A stretch of 64,000 bases of DNA from Minisyncoccota bacterium (lineage in GTDB: Bacteria > Patescibacteriota > Minisyncoccia > Phycocordibacterales > UBA9973): assembly GCA_041661005.1 (NCBI GenBank), contig JBAZVG010000001.1, forward strand, positions 196,917-260,916, in the 5' to 3' direction. The notes under the pieces are model-generated. The model ran no database searches. It was given only the letters and a program-made list of their open reading frames with translations, and had not been told where the DNA came from. Both the position numbers and the translations under genes were made by a program. The stretch's first letter is position 1. Every line of letters starts with the position of its first letter. Positions 9,371 to 17,998 of this stretch are shown one piece after another.

Positions 9371-10477
9371 ATGAATATAATAATTTTTATCATAATGTTG
9401 TTGGTGTTGGTTCTCGTGCACGAAGCGGGACATTTTTTTACTGCAAAGAAATTTGGTATTCGGGTTGACGAATTTGGATTTGGTTTTCCGCCGAAGATAT
9501 TTGGCAAGAAATATGGTGAGACTGAATATAGTTTGAATTTACTACCCATCGGAGGTTTTGTGAAAATTTTTGGCGAGAACCCCGATGATGAAAACACTAA
9601 CGGGCCGGATGCTAGCCGAAGTTTCGTCAATAAAGCAAAATGGAAGCAAGCGATAGTCTTGGTCGCTGGAGTCACTGCAAATTTTTTATTGGCATGGCTT
9701 TTGTTTTCTGTTGGATTTATGTCTGGAATGCCTACATCAGTGGGTAGTCAGCCGAAAGGTATTAATTTAAATAATGTTTTTTTAACCATAGTTTCTGTTG
9801 CGCCGGATTCTCCAGCTGAAAAAGCAGGACTTAAAACTGGAGATAGGATTGCTGCTGTAGAAATTTTACCTTATACAATGGATGAGCTTAACACTGATGC
9901 TTTTAAAGCATTTATAGTTGCACATCCTCAAAAAGAGTTTGGAATAGAGTATTTAAGAGGTAAAGATGAATATACTCTTCATACAACAAAAGTCACTCCA
10001 ACTGCGGGTATTAATGGTGCACAGCCAATGATAGGCATATCTATGGATATGATCGGCACGGCTAAATTGCCCTTTTTTACAGCCCTAAAAGAGGGAATGG
10101 AGTTAACCCTATTTGTCACAAAAGGCACAGTTGTAGGGCTTTATGAGCTTATTGTAGGCAGTATACAAGGCAAAAGCGACCTTTTGTCATCCGTGACAGG
10201 TCCCGTGGGGATGGTGGGCATAGTAGGTGACGCTTATCAGTTTGGCTTCGTCTATCTTCTTTCTTTTGCCGCACTTATCTCAGTTAATCTTGCAATCATA
10301 AACTTACTTCCGTTTCCGGCGCTAGATGGCGGACGGCTTTTCTTTCTACTGATTGAGAAAATAAAAGGTTCACGAATAAATCCAAAGTTTGCCAATATGG
10401 CCAACATGATTGGTTTTGGTATTTTGATTTTGCTTATGGTTGTAGTCACTTTTCATGATGTAATTAAATTGTTCTAA
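9371..10477 (+). CDS. rseP: Site-2 (M50) intramembrane zinc protease with PDZ domain
   Basis: HEAGH, AGVTAN, PDZ-like region, NLLPFPALDGG. Confidence 0.93.
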   Translation: MNIIIFIIMLLVLVLVHEAGHFFTAKKFGIRVDEFGFGFPPKIFGKKYGETEYSLNLLPIGGFVKIFGENPDDENTNGPDASRSFVNKAKWKQAIVLVAGVTANFLLAWLLFSVGFMSGMPTSVGSQPKGINLNNVFLTIVSVAPDSPAEKAGLKTGDRIAAVEILPYTMDELNTDAFKAFIVAHPQKEFGIEYLRGKDEYTLHTTKVTPTAGINGAQPMIGISMDMIGTAKLPFFTALKEGMELTLFVTKGTVVGLYELIVGSIQGKSDLLSSVTGPVGMVGIVGDAYQFGFVYLLSFAALISVNLAIINLLPFPALDGGRLFFLLIEKIKGSRINPKFANMANMIGFGILILLMVVVTFHDVIKLF

Positions 10478-10483
10478 AAATAC

Positions 10484-10507
10484 TCTAACATTCTATAGAA
10501 TATTAGA
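10484..10507. repeat. 24-bp near-perfect palindrome abutting a start codon
   Basis: TCTAACATTCTA|TAGAATATTAGA then ATG at 10508. Confidence 0.6.
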
Positions 10508-11275
10508 ATGAAAAATCAAGGTAAAAAAATAAAATTAATTCACGAGATTCGAGCTGTTAAGAGCAGGAAGGAACTTGCATATATTGTAAAAGCGCAAAGA
10601 ATATCAGAAAAAGTATTAACAGATACTGTAAAAAAATTACGTACAGGCGTGACAGAACTTGAAATTGCGGATTTAATTAAAAAAGCATATATCAGCCATG
10701 GCGTAAATGTGTTATCTTTTCCGCCTATAGTCGCTTTTGGGAAAAATACCGCAAATATTCATCATGAACCCAACAAAACAAAATTAAAAAAAGGGAATAC
10801 TGTGATGTTTGATTTTGGATGCACAGTAAATCATTATTGTTCTGATATGACGCGGACATATTTCTGGGGTGAACCGAGTGCAAAGCAAAAGAAAATTTAT
10901 TTAATTGTTTTAGAAGCTCAAGAAATAGCTATTAGCAAAATAGAAAAGGGAGAGCGGCAGGCAAAGGTTATAGATAACGTAGCGCGAAAATTTCTTAATA
11001 AAAAATACAGAAATAAATCCGCCTCGGATCGACCGAGTCGAGACGGGTTTCCACATGGTCTTGGTCATGGAGTAGGTACTGTCATTCACGAATGGCCGAA
11101 TTTTAAACCAAAGAGTGAAGATATCCTTCCGACAGGATGCGTGATGACTATTGAGCCCGGACTATATTTCAAAGGTTTTGGCGGAATACGGATCGAAGAT
11201 ATGATTCTGATTACCAAAAATGGCTGCAAGAACCTAACCAATTTTCCTAAAGATTTAAAAAACGCAATTATATAA
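10508..11275 (+). CDS. M24 Xaa-Pro aminopeptidase (catalytic domain), hairpin insert at 11015-11050
   Basis: HH, DFG, SDMTRT, HGLGHGVG..IHE, TIEPG.Y, GIRIED. Confidence 0.9.
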   Translation: MKNQGKKIKLIHEIRAVKSRKELAYIVKAQRISEKVLTDTVKKLRTGVTELEIADLIKKAYISHGVNVLSFPPIVAFGKNTANIHHEPNKTKLKKGNTVMFDFGCTVNHYCSDMTRTYFWGEPSAKQKKIYLIVLEAQEIAISKIEKGERQAKVIDNVARKFLNKKYRNKSASDRPSRDGFPHGLGHGVGTVIHEWPNFKPKSEDILPTGCVMTIEPGLYFKGFGGIRIEDMILITKNGCKNLTNFPKDLKNAII

Positions 11276-11378
11276 AATAATCAAACTTTTTCCGGTACGA
11301 ATTTTTTTAAGCTTAAAAAATCCTGAAATTCTCTGCTCGTCAGCCTCGAAACCCCTCCAAAAGTTTATTATTTTATAT
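11270..11378. repeat. Long-stem element with conserved ~60-bp core, copy 1 of 3
   Basis: GTACGAATTTTTTTAAGCTTAAAAAATCCTGAAATTCTCTGCTCGTCAGCCTCGAAACCCC inside ATATAAAATAAT/ATTATTTTATAT arms. Confidence 0.9.
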
Positions 11379-11416
11379 ATTTTGAAAAAAACAATTATCA
11401 AGGTATACTGTTTCCT

Positions 11417-12385
11417 ATGGCAAAAAAGAAGTTAAAAATTGGAGTGCTTTTTGGAGGAAAATCAGCGGAACATGAAGTTTCTATAAATTCAGCGCATAAT
11501 GTCATCAATGCTCTCGATAAAACTAAATATCAAATAACCCCAATAAAAATAAATATAAACGGGAAATTTAATTTGAATATTGTTAAAAATTTTGATGTGA
11601 TTTTTCCCGTGATGCACGGACCATTTGGTGAAGATGGCAGTATGCAGGGGCTTCTGAAACTTGCTGGAGTGCCGTTTGTGGGTGCGGGAGTATTAGGTTC
11701 AGCTGTTGGAATGGATAAAGATGTAATGAAAAGACTTTTGTTACAGGCAGGAATTCCGATAGGAAAATATATTACATTGAGAGACTATGAGCACATAGAT
11801 TTTAGTAAAGTAAAAAGAGATTTAGGGTTACCGGTTTTTATAAAACCGGCGAATATGGGTTCATCGGTAGGTGTCAGTAAGGTACGAAATGAAGAAGAAT
11901 GGGATAATGCTATAAAAGAGGCTTTTAAATTTGATACGAAAATAATTATAGAAAAATTTATTGATGGACGTGAAATCGAATGCGCAGTCTTGGGTAATAG
12001 TGATCCAAAAGCATCTATCCCAGGTGAAATTATAGCTAATCAAGAATTCTATTCTTACAATGCAAAATATATTGACGAAGGATATGTTATAGAAATTCCA
12101 GCAAAAATAGACAAAAAAACAACTAAAAAAGTTCAAGAGCTGGCGATTAAAGTTTTTAAAACTCTGAATTGTGAAGGTCTGGGGCGAGTGGATTCTTTTG
12201 TGACAAAAAATGGAGAAGTTTTTGTAAACGAAATAAACACGATACCTGGATTTACCAACATCAGTATGTATCCTAAATTATGGGAGGCGAGTGGAATACC
12301 ACAATCAAAACTTCTAGATAAATTGATTGATCTAGCGATAGAACGATTTGAAAAAGAACAGAAATTAAAAACCACAGTTGTCTGA
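11417..12385 (+). CDS. ddl: D-Ala-D-Ala ligase
   Basis: [35 protein letters not shown]. Confidence 0.96.
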   Translation: MAKKKLKIGVLFGGKSAEHEVSINSAHNVINALDKTKYQITPIKININGKFNLNIVKNFDVIFPVMHGPFGEDGSMQGLLKLAGVPFVGAGVLGSAVGMDKDVMKRLLLQAGIPIGKYITLRDYEHIDFSKVKRDLGLPVFIKPANMGSSVGVSKVRNEEEWDNAIKEAFKFDTKIIIEKFIDGREIECAVLGNSDPKASIPGEIIANQEFYSYNAKYIDEGYVIEIPAKIDKKTTKKVQELAIKVFKTLNCEGLGRVDSFVTKNGEVFVNEINTIPGFTNISMYPKLWEASGIPQSKLLDKLIDLAIERFEKEQKLKTTVV

Positions 12386-12391
12386 TATACT

Positions 12392-13600
12392 TTGAAAAAT
12401 AATTTACCTCTTTCCTATATTGAAATTTCTAAAAAGAATTTGATTCACAATATCAAACAATTTAGGAATTTAATAAAAGCGGGAACTAAGATTTCTGTAG
12501 CCATAAAAGGCAATGCTTATGGCCATGGACAAAATATCGTAGCAAAAATTCTTGAGCCACACGTAGATTATTTTCAAGTAAATAACGTGGAAGAGCTTGA
12601 ATCATTGCGTAAAATAAGTCAGAAAAAAGCTTTTGTTTTAGGGTATGTGCAAAATTCGGATTTACCACGTGCTATACGATCAAATTGTATTTTGACTGTC
12701 TTCTCTCTCGGTCAATTAAAAGAAATAAACAAGATATCAAAGAAGCTTAAAAAAATACAAGAAGTTTGTGTCCCAGTTGATGCATATTTAGGGCGTGAAG
12801 GATTTTTATTTAGTGACTTGGGCGAGATTTTCGAAGAAATAAAAAAATCTGGATACGTAAAATTTACAAGTATCTATGCGCATTTTGCAAATATTGAAGA
12901 TGTGTCAAATTTTACTCATGCGCAAAAACAGATTAAGGAATATGAAAAAGCTTTAGAATTGGCGAAAATGTTCGGTTTTGAAAACCCGCCTAGACCCGTT
13001 TCGACGCAAGGCGAGCTCGGCGAGGCTGGCCCGCCTAGACTCGGCGAGGCTGGTTTGCAAACACATATATCTGCCACTTCTGGAATTTTGGTTTATGAAA
13101 AAGATAGTGGAATTAATTCAATCGTGCGATTGGGTATCGGCGCATACGGCATGTGGCCATCAGAACATTTAAAAAAAGTTTATGAAAATGAAAAATTCAA
13201 TCTGAAACCAGTGTTGTCATGGAAAACAAAGATCGCGCAAGTAAAAATCTTAGAAAAAGGGAATACCGTTGGTTATGGATTGACCTATAAAACAAATCAG
13301 AAAACAAAAATAGCAATTATCCCTCAAGGATATGCCGATGGTCTAGATCGTGGTCTTTCAAACAAGGGAGAGGTTTTGATCGGGGGCGCTCGATGTAAAA
13401 TCATAGGCAGGGTATCGATGAATATGTTTGCGGTTAATGTAAATCATTTGTCAGTTGTTAAAGTCGGCGACGAAGTTGTGATTATCGGAATTCAAAATAA
13501 AGAGAAAATTACGGCAGAGCAGGTGGCGAAAAAATTAGATACGATAAATTATGAAATTACCACGCGGATAAGTTCTTTATTGCCGAGAGTTATTACGTAG
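12392..13600 (+). CDS. alr: Alanine racemase, with 69-bp in-frame repeat insert
   Basis: AIKGNAYGHG PLP-lysine motif, VRLGI..YG, GYADG, GRVSMN, TINYE. Confidence 0.94.
   Translation: MKNNLPLSYIEISKKNLIHNIKQFRNLIKAGTKISVAIKGNAYGHGQNIVAKILEPHVDYFQVNNVEELESLRKISQKKAFVLGYVQNSDLPRAIRSNCILTVFSLGQLKEINKISKKLKKIQEVCVPVDAYLGREGFLFSDLGEIFEEIKKSGYVKFTSIYAHFANIEDVSNFTHAQKQIKEYEKALELAKMFGFENPPRPVSTQGELGEAGPPRLGEAGLQTHISATSGILVYEKDSGINSIVRLGIGAYGMWPSEHLKKVYENEKFNLKPVLSWKTKIAQVKILEKGNTVGYGLTYKTNQKTKIAIIPQGYADGLDRGLSNKGEVLIGGARCKIIGRVSMNMFAVNVNHLSVVKVGDEVVIIGIQNKEKITAEQVAKKLDTINYEITTRISSLLPRVIT
12985..13053. repeat. Tandem 45-bp + 24-bp CCCGCCTAGAC...TCGGCGAGGCTGG elements
   Basis: Near-identical copies at 14037, 29298, 54860. 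Confidence 0.95.
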
Positions 13601-13635
13601 TTGCTTTTTGTGGTTTTTTATACTAATATCTAAAT

Positions 13636-13794
13636 ATGTCACAAGATAGACTTATAAAACTTGCGTGTGGAACCTGCAAACGAGTAAATTACTGGTCCAG
13701 TAAAAACAAGAAGCTCGTAACTAAAAAAATCGAGCTCAAAAAGTATTGCAAATGGTGCCGAAAACAAACTAAGCACAAAGAAAGTAAAAAATAG
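13636..13794 (+). CDS. rpmG: 50S ribosomal protein L33, Zn-binding type (absent from ORF track)
   Basis: MSQDRLIKLACGTCKRVNYWSSKNKK...IELKKYCKWCRKQTKHKESKK. Confidence 0.93.
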   Translation: MSQDRLIKLACGTCKRVNYWSSKNKKLVTKKIELKKYCKWCRKQTKHKESKK

Positions 13795-13854
13795 ATTTTT
13801 AATGCTTTTCTGATATACTTAAAAGCGACCTAGTAAGGTCGTTTTTGGTTATAC

Positions 13855-13925
13855 GGGCGATTAGTTAAGTGGCATAACGAAGGCCTCCAAATCCTTTGTC
13901 GGGGGTTCGATTCCCTCATCGCCCG
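13855..13925 (+). tRNA. tRNA-Trp(CCA)
   Basis: GGGCGAT/ATCGCCC acceptor stem, CT-CCA-AA loop, GGTTCGATTCC T-arm. Confidence 0.92.
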
Positions 13926-13965
13926 CCGATATATTTTATGAAATTTTTACTATCAATAAATTATA

Positions 13966-15003
13966 TTATTTGGTTAATAATTTCCGCTTTGTTTTTCGCT
14001 GTTGGTGAATTTTTGTCAGGCGAATTTTCTTAGAAGCCCGCCTAGACCCGCTTCGATGCGAAGCGAGCTCGGCGAGGCTGGCATCAAACCATTTTATTTC
14101 TTTATCGCGCTTAAACCATGTCATTTGACGTTTAGCGTATTTTAGAGTTTCAGTGACGACTTTTTCTGGCGTCGGTTTGTAGTATTCAAAACCCAATTCT
14201 TTCAGTCGTTTTTCTGACACACCATTCTTTTTTAACTTTTTAATTTCATTAAGTAAGCCATCTTTGAACATCTTTTTGACCCTTTTTTCTACTTTCTGTC
14301 TTAGTTTATCCTGCGGTAAATACAAGCCTATTTTTATAAATTTATACGGAGGAGACTTCTCCGTAATTTTTGGAACTTTACCGAGAGCTTTCACTATTTC
14401 AATTGCCCTGATTAATCTGATTTTATTTTTTGGGTCTATATTCTTTGCTCGCTCGGGGTCTATTCTTTTTAAATACTCAAATAATGCTATCGCTGATTTT
14501 GAGTATAGTTCTTTACGAAGCTTTTCATTTGGCGGAACTTCTGGGAAAATAATACCTTTAGTCATTGCATCAATGTAAAATCCCGTGCCTCCGCAAATTA
14601 TCGGAGTTTTACCTCGAGCGATTATTTCTTTTATTTTATCTTCAGCTAATTCTTTATATTGCGCTACAGTAAATTTTCTTTTAGGGTTCGCGATGTCTAG
14701 CAGATGATGGGGGACGCCTCGCATTTCTTTTCTTGTTATTTTTCCCGTGCCAATATCAAGGCCTTTGTAAACTTGTCGTGAATCAGCTGAAATTATTTCT
14801 CCATCTATTTTTTTAGCAATCTTTACGGCTAAATCACTTTTACCTGTAGCTGTTTGACCTAATATGATAATGATTGTGGGCACAGATTGAAAAACGAACT
14901 TTTTTTTGGTACGGATTTTTTGAAGCTTGAAAAATCCTGAAGTTCTCGGCTCGTCAGCCTCGAAACCCCGCAAAAAGTTGTTTTTTATTATTCGCCTCTG
15001 CAT
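13966..15003 (-). CDS. miaA: tRNA dimethylallyltransferase; repeats at both ends (start 15003 coupled to murA stop, or GTG ~14883)
   Basis: GQTATGKS, ISADSRQVY, GTGK, CGGTGFY, YAKRQMTWF. Confidence 0.94.
   Translation of the reverse strand: MQRRIIKNNFLRGFEADEPRTSGFFKLQKIRTKKKFVFQSVPTIIIILGQTATGKSDLAVKIAKKIDGEIISADSRQVYKGLDIGTGKITRKEMRGVPHHLLDIANPKRKFTVAQYKELAEDKIKEIIARGKTPIICGGTGFYIDAMTKGIIFPEVPPNEKLRKELYSKSAIALFEYLKRIDPERAKNIDPKNKIRLIRAIEIVKALGKVPKITEKSPPYKFIKIGLYLPQDKLRQKVEKRVKKMFKDGLLNEIKKLKKNGVSEKRLKELGFEYYKPTPEKVVTETLKYAKRQMTWFKRDKEIKWFDASLAELASHRSGSRRASKKIRLTKIHQQRKTKRKLLTK
14037..14081. repeat. 45-bp CCCGCCTAGAC element, antisense and in-frame in miaA
   Basis: CCCGCCTAGACCCGCTTCGATGCGAAGCGAGCTCGGCGAGGCTGG. 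Confidence 0.95.
14890..14986. repeat. Long-stem element with conserved core, copy 2 of 3
   Basis: GTACGGATTTTTTGAAGCTTGAAAAATCCTGAAGTTCTCGGCTCGTCAGCCTCGAAACCCC. Confidence 0.9.
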
Positions 15004-16538
15004 TAATTTCCCTTGATTATTTTAATATCTGCGCCGATGGAATTCAATCGCTCGGCGATTTCTTCGTAACCACGATTTATCATATAAACGTTTCGTAGTA
15101 TTGAAGTGCCACTAGCTCCAAGCATTGAGATAAGTATTACCATTGATGGTCGTAAGGCCGGTGGGCAAACGACTTGAGCTCCCTTTAACGCTGTTCCGCC
15201 GTTGATATAGAGGCGATGTGGATCTGCGAGGGTAATATCTGCGCCTAGGCGGTTTAATTCAGTCAGATATATCGCGCGATTCTCATAAACCCAGTCATGG
15301 ATCATTGTTTGACCTTTGGCCTTTATGGCAATAGGCACAAAGAATGGCAGGTTGTCTATATTTATTCCGGGATAGGGATTGGAGTGTAATTTATCATAAA
15401 GAGCTTTTAGTTTGCTTGGGAAAATTTCTACATCTACTAATTTTGTTCGTCCATTAAAAGAATAATAAATTTTTGAAGCTTTGAATTTTAAATTCATTCT
15501 TTTTAGTTTTTCCAATTCTAAAGAAAGAAAGTCTATGGGGACGCGAGTGATGCTGAGTCTCGAGTCAGTGATAATTCCAGCAGAAATAAACATCATGGAT
15601 TCTATAGGGTCTTCACTGTTCCAATATTCTATATCTTTATTTATATTTGCTACGCCATGCACGGTCAGATTGGCAGTGCCGATACCTTCTATTTTTACAC
15701 CCAAAGCTTCAAGAAAAAAACAAACTTCTTGCACCATATAGTTTGCGCTGGCAAAGTTTATTTTTGTGGCGCCAGGTATAAGAGCAGAAGCCATCAAAAC
15801 ATTTTCACAGGCCGTGTCTCCAGATTCATACATTACTATTTCACTTGGTTTTAGTTTTCGTGAAGAGATTTCATAATTCTTTGCCGTAGTCTTTACTTTT
15901 ACCCCGAGTTTTTCTAGGGCGTAGATGTGGGCGGCTATTGTGCGTTTACCTAGATTGCATCCATGTGGATGGGGGAGAGAAAAGGTTGATAATTTATGAA
16001 TGAGTGGACCCATGAGCATTACGACTGAACGAGTTTTGACCGCTGACTCTATGTTTATATTTTCTAAATTAAATTTCTCTCCTGGTGTGATGGTTAAAGT
16101 ATTCTGGTTTAGCCATTTTATTGCGACCCCGATACTTTCGAGAATTTCAATGACCCGATACACTTCCTCGATTCGCGCTATGCCATGCAAGGTTGTTGTC
16201 CCCCTGTTTAAGAGCGAAGCGCAAAGAAGCCCGACCGAACCATTTTTAGAAAAATTAGTTTTGATAGTTCCACTTAATTTTTTCCCTCCATGCACTTCGA
16301 AATCGATCGAATCATTTATAGAAACTATTTGATGATCTAAAACATTGCTTATTTTTAAAAGTAATTCAGTTGTAAAATTTTGTTCGCCTTTTTCCATTCG
16401 GGGGATAGAACTTTGAGAAGTATTCAGCGCTTTAGCAAATTGCTCTTGAGTCATTCCGCGGTGTTCGCGCAATTCTTTGATAAAATAACCTATCTTTTGT
16501 TGTTCGGTCTGTACTGTTGATTTTATATTTTTTGTCAT
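15003..16538 (-). CDS. murA: XRE-HTH fused UDP-GlcNAc enolpyruvyl transferase
   Basis: N-terminal IKELREHRGMTQEQFAKALNTSQ HTH; SKN, GCNLGKR, YENR, LR, INRGYE. Confidence 0.92.
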   Translation of the reverse strand: MTKNIKSTVQTEQQKIGYFIKELREHRGMTQEQFAKALNTSQSSIPRMEKGEQNFTTELLLKISNVLDHQIVSINDSIDFEVHGGKKLSGTIKTNFSKNGSVGLLCASLLNRGTTTLHGIARIEEVYRVIEILESIGVAIKWLNQNTLTITPGEKFNLENINIESAVKTRSVVMLMGPLIHKLSTFSLPHPHGCNLGKRTIAAHIYALEKLGVKVKTTAKNYEISSRKLKPSEIVMYESGDTACENVLMASALIPGATKINFASANYMVQEVCFFLEALGVKIEGIGTANLTVHGVANINKDIEYWNSEDPIESMMFISAGIITDSRLSITRVPIDFLSLELEKLKRMNLKFKASKIYYSFNGRTKLVDVEIFPSKLKALYDKLHSNPYPGINIDNLPFFVPIAIKAKGQTMIHDWVYENRAIYLTELNRLGADITLADPHRLYINGGTALKGAQVVCPPALRPSMVILISMLGASGTSILRNVYMINRGYEEIAERLNSIGADIKIIKGN

Positions 16539-16545
16539 ATCAAAC

Positions 16546-16573
16546 AGTATATCTCATATATGAGATAATGCAA
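16546..16573 (-). promoter_or_regulatory. murA promoter with perfect 18-bp palindromic operator
   Basis: Minus strand TTGCAT-16bp-TATACT-7nt-ATG; TATCTCATATATGAGATA at 16550-16567. Confidence 0.75.
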
Positions 16574-16794
16574 GTTTATCGATTATCTGGAGTGTGGATA
16601 ACTCGCCAGAGGCGGGCAAGGTTTTATTTTAGCCCATGCCCCAGCGCTATTGACTTTTTTGCTAATATATGATAAGAAGAATGGGAAGTTCAAACTAACT
16701 GCTTTTTTAAAACCTGCAGTCAGGGTAATAGCTAAATCCTGAATGTTTAGGTAAGTTTAAAGCAACAAACGGACAGCACTTACAATCAGTAAAT

Positions 16795-17814
16795 ATGAGA
16801 AAGATCCAGTCCCTTATCGTGGCAGTGGCACTCGCGTGCTTCACGGCCCTAACCTCCGCTAACGCGGCGATGTCTGTGCAGGCGTTCTTTTCACCGGGAG
16901 TGCCCACAGATTCAACCAACAACCTGTCGAGCCAGCAGAACAAAATGGCTTTTCTCGACGCTGGCAACCTCGTGGGCGGAGCCTACGAGACAAATCCGGT
17001 GGCGATGAATCTCCCGAAGGTGCTGAAGATCGGGGATGTGTTGCGTTTCCGGCCGGGCTTTCCTGGTTGGCTTGCAGTGCCGACTTCGTCGGGACCGGAT
17101 GCATATGGCGCTCGTCTCTTCTGCATGGTGAAGGTCACCAGCACGGAGGCGAATGTGAATCCACGCCGGGTTCGGGTTCGCACATGGACGCCTCTGAATG
17201 ACGGTGTCCTTTGGTCAACCAACTGGTTGGCCAGCGAGACCATCACCATGTCGTCAACCCTAACGGGCCGTAAGTATGGCCCTGATGGAGTTCGAGGTGG
17301 ATCGGATGATCAGCCGTTCAGTTCCGGAACCTCGGACCTGAACTTCAACGAACTCATCACGGTCGGTCCCAGGATATTCCTTGACGTCTTCAATCAAGAA
17401 GATTTAAGTCTTGCGCTCAACTACTGGGATGGCAAAAGGCCCATGGAGTTACACGTCGAGGTCACGGTTTACGCCGCAGACATGGTGACGGTGCTCGGAA
17501 GGAAGGAAATTGTCCTCACCGCGCGGCCGTATCTCTTGATCGACCGTGGTGGTCTCAACTCCGAGATTCGGTACGTTCGCATGGAGAGTGAACGGGCGAA
17601 AAACTACCAGCTAATGTCATCGCTGTGGCCTGGAGGCGGTTACTCTGACGTTCCAGCCGGAGGACTTCTGCATGATGGCAGTGTTTACACGAACACCAAT
17701 CTTGCCGATCGTCAGTTCTTCGGAGTCCGGGAGACGTCGGTCTCGGCAGCGGGGTTAAGGTCGGCAACGTCGGCTTCAAAACCTTCCAGTGGAGTCGAAA
17801 GCGGAAATGAGTAA
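16795..17814 (+). CDS. GC-rich orphan secreted protein
   Basis: Signal peptide MRKIQSLIVAVALACFTALTSANA; visibly GC-richer than flanks; upstream TTGACT..TATGAT. Confidence 0.85.
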   Translation: MRKIQSLIVAVALACFTALTSANAAMSVQAFFSPGVPTDSTNNLSSQQNKMAFLDAGNLVGGAYETNPVAMNLPKVLKIGDVLRFRPGFPGWLAVPTSSGPDAYGARLFCMVKVTSTEANVNPRRVRVRTWTPLNDGVLWSTNWLASETITMSSTLTGRKYGPDGVRGGSDDQPFSSGTSDLNFNELITVGPRIFLDVFNQEDLSLALNYWDGKRPMELHVEVTVYAADMVTVLGRKEIVLTARPYLLIDRGGLNSEIRYVRMESERAKNYQLMSSLWPGGGYSDVPAGGLLHDGSVYTNTNLADRQFFGVRETSVSAAGLRSATSASKPSSGVESGNE

Positions 17815-17859
17815 GATGATGAATATGTTATGGGGGCGAGCGGATATCCCAATCGCCCC

Positions 17860-17912
17860 AGAGTTAGCGAGATGTGTGTCTCGCCTGATGAGCTCAAAAG
17901 AGCGAAAACTCT
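17860..17912 (+). ncRNA. Type III hammerhead self-cleaving ribozyme (cleavage after A17866, UUA site)
   Basis: AGAGU-U-A / GCGAGA-UGUGUG-UCUCGC / CUGAUGA / GCUC-AAAA-GAGC / GAAA / ACUCU: all core nucleotides and three perfect stems. Confidence 0.92.
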
Positions 17913-17998
17913 TGACAAACAATTGACTTTATGCTAGCGTGAGTAAATTGATAATTAATTAATAGGTCGCAGGTAATTATAAAGTAATAAATAAATAT

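Noticed and set aside
16593-16601. Perfect DnaA box (TGTGGATAA) suggesting oriC
   Set aside because: Single box with no cluster and no adjacent dnaA or dnaN.
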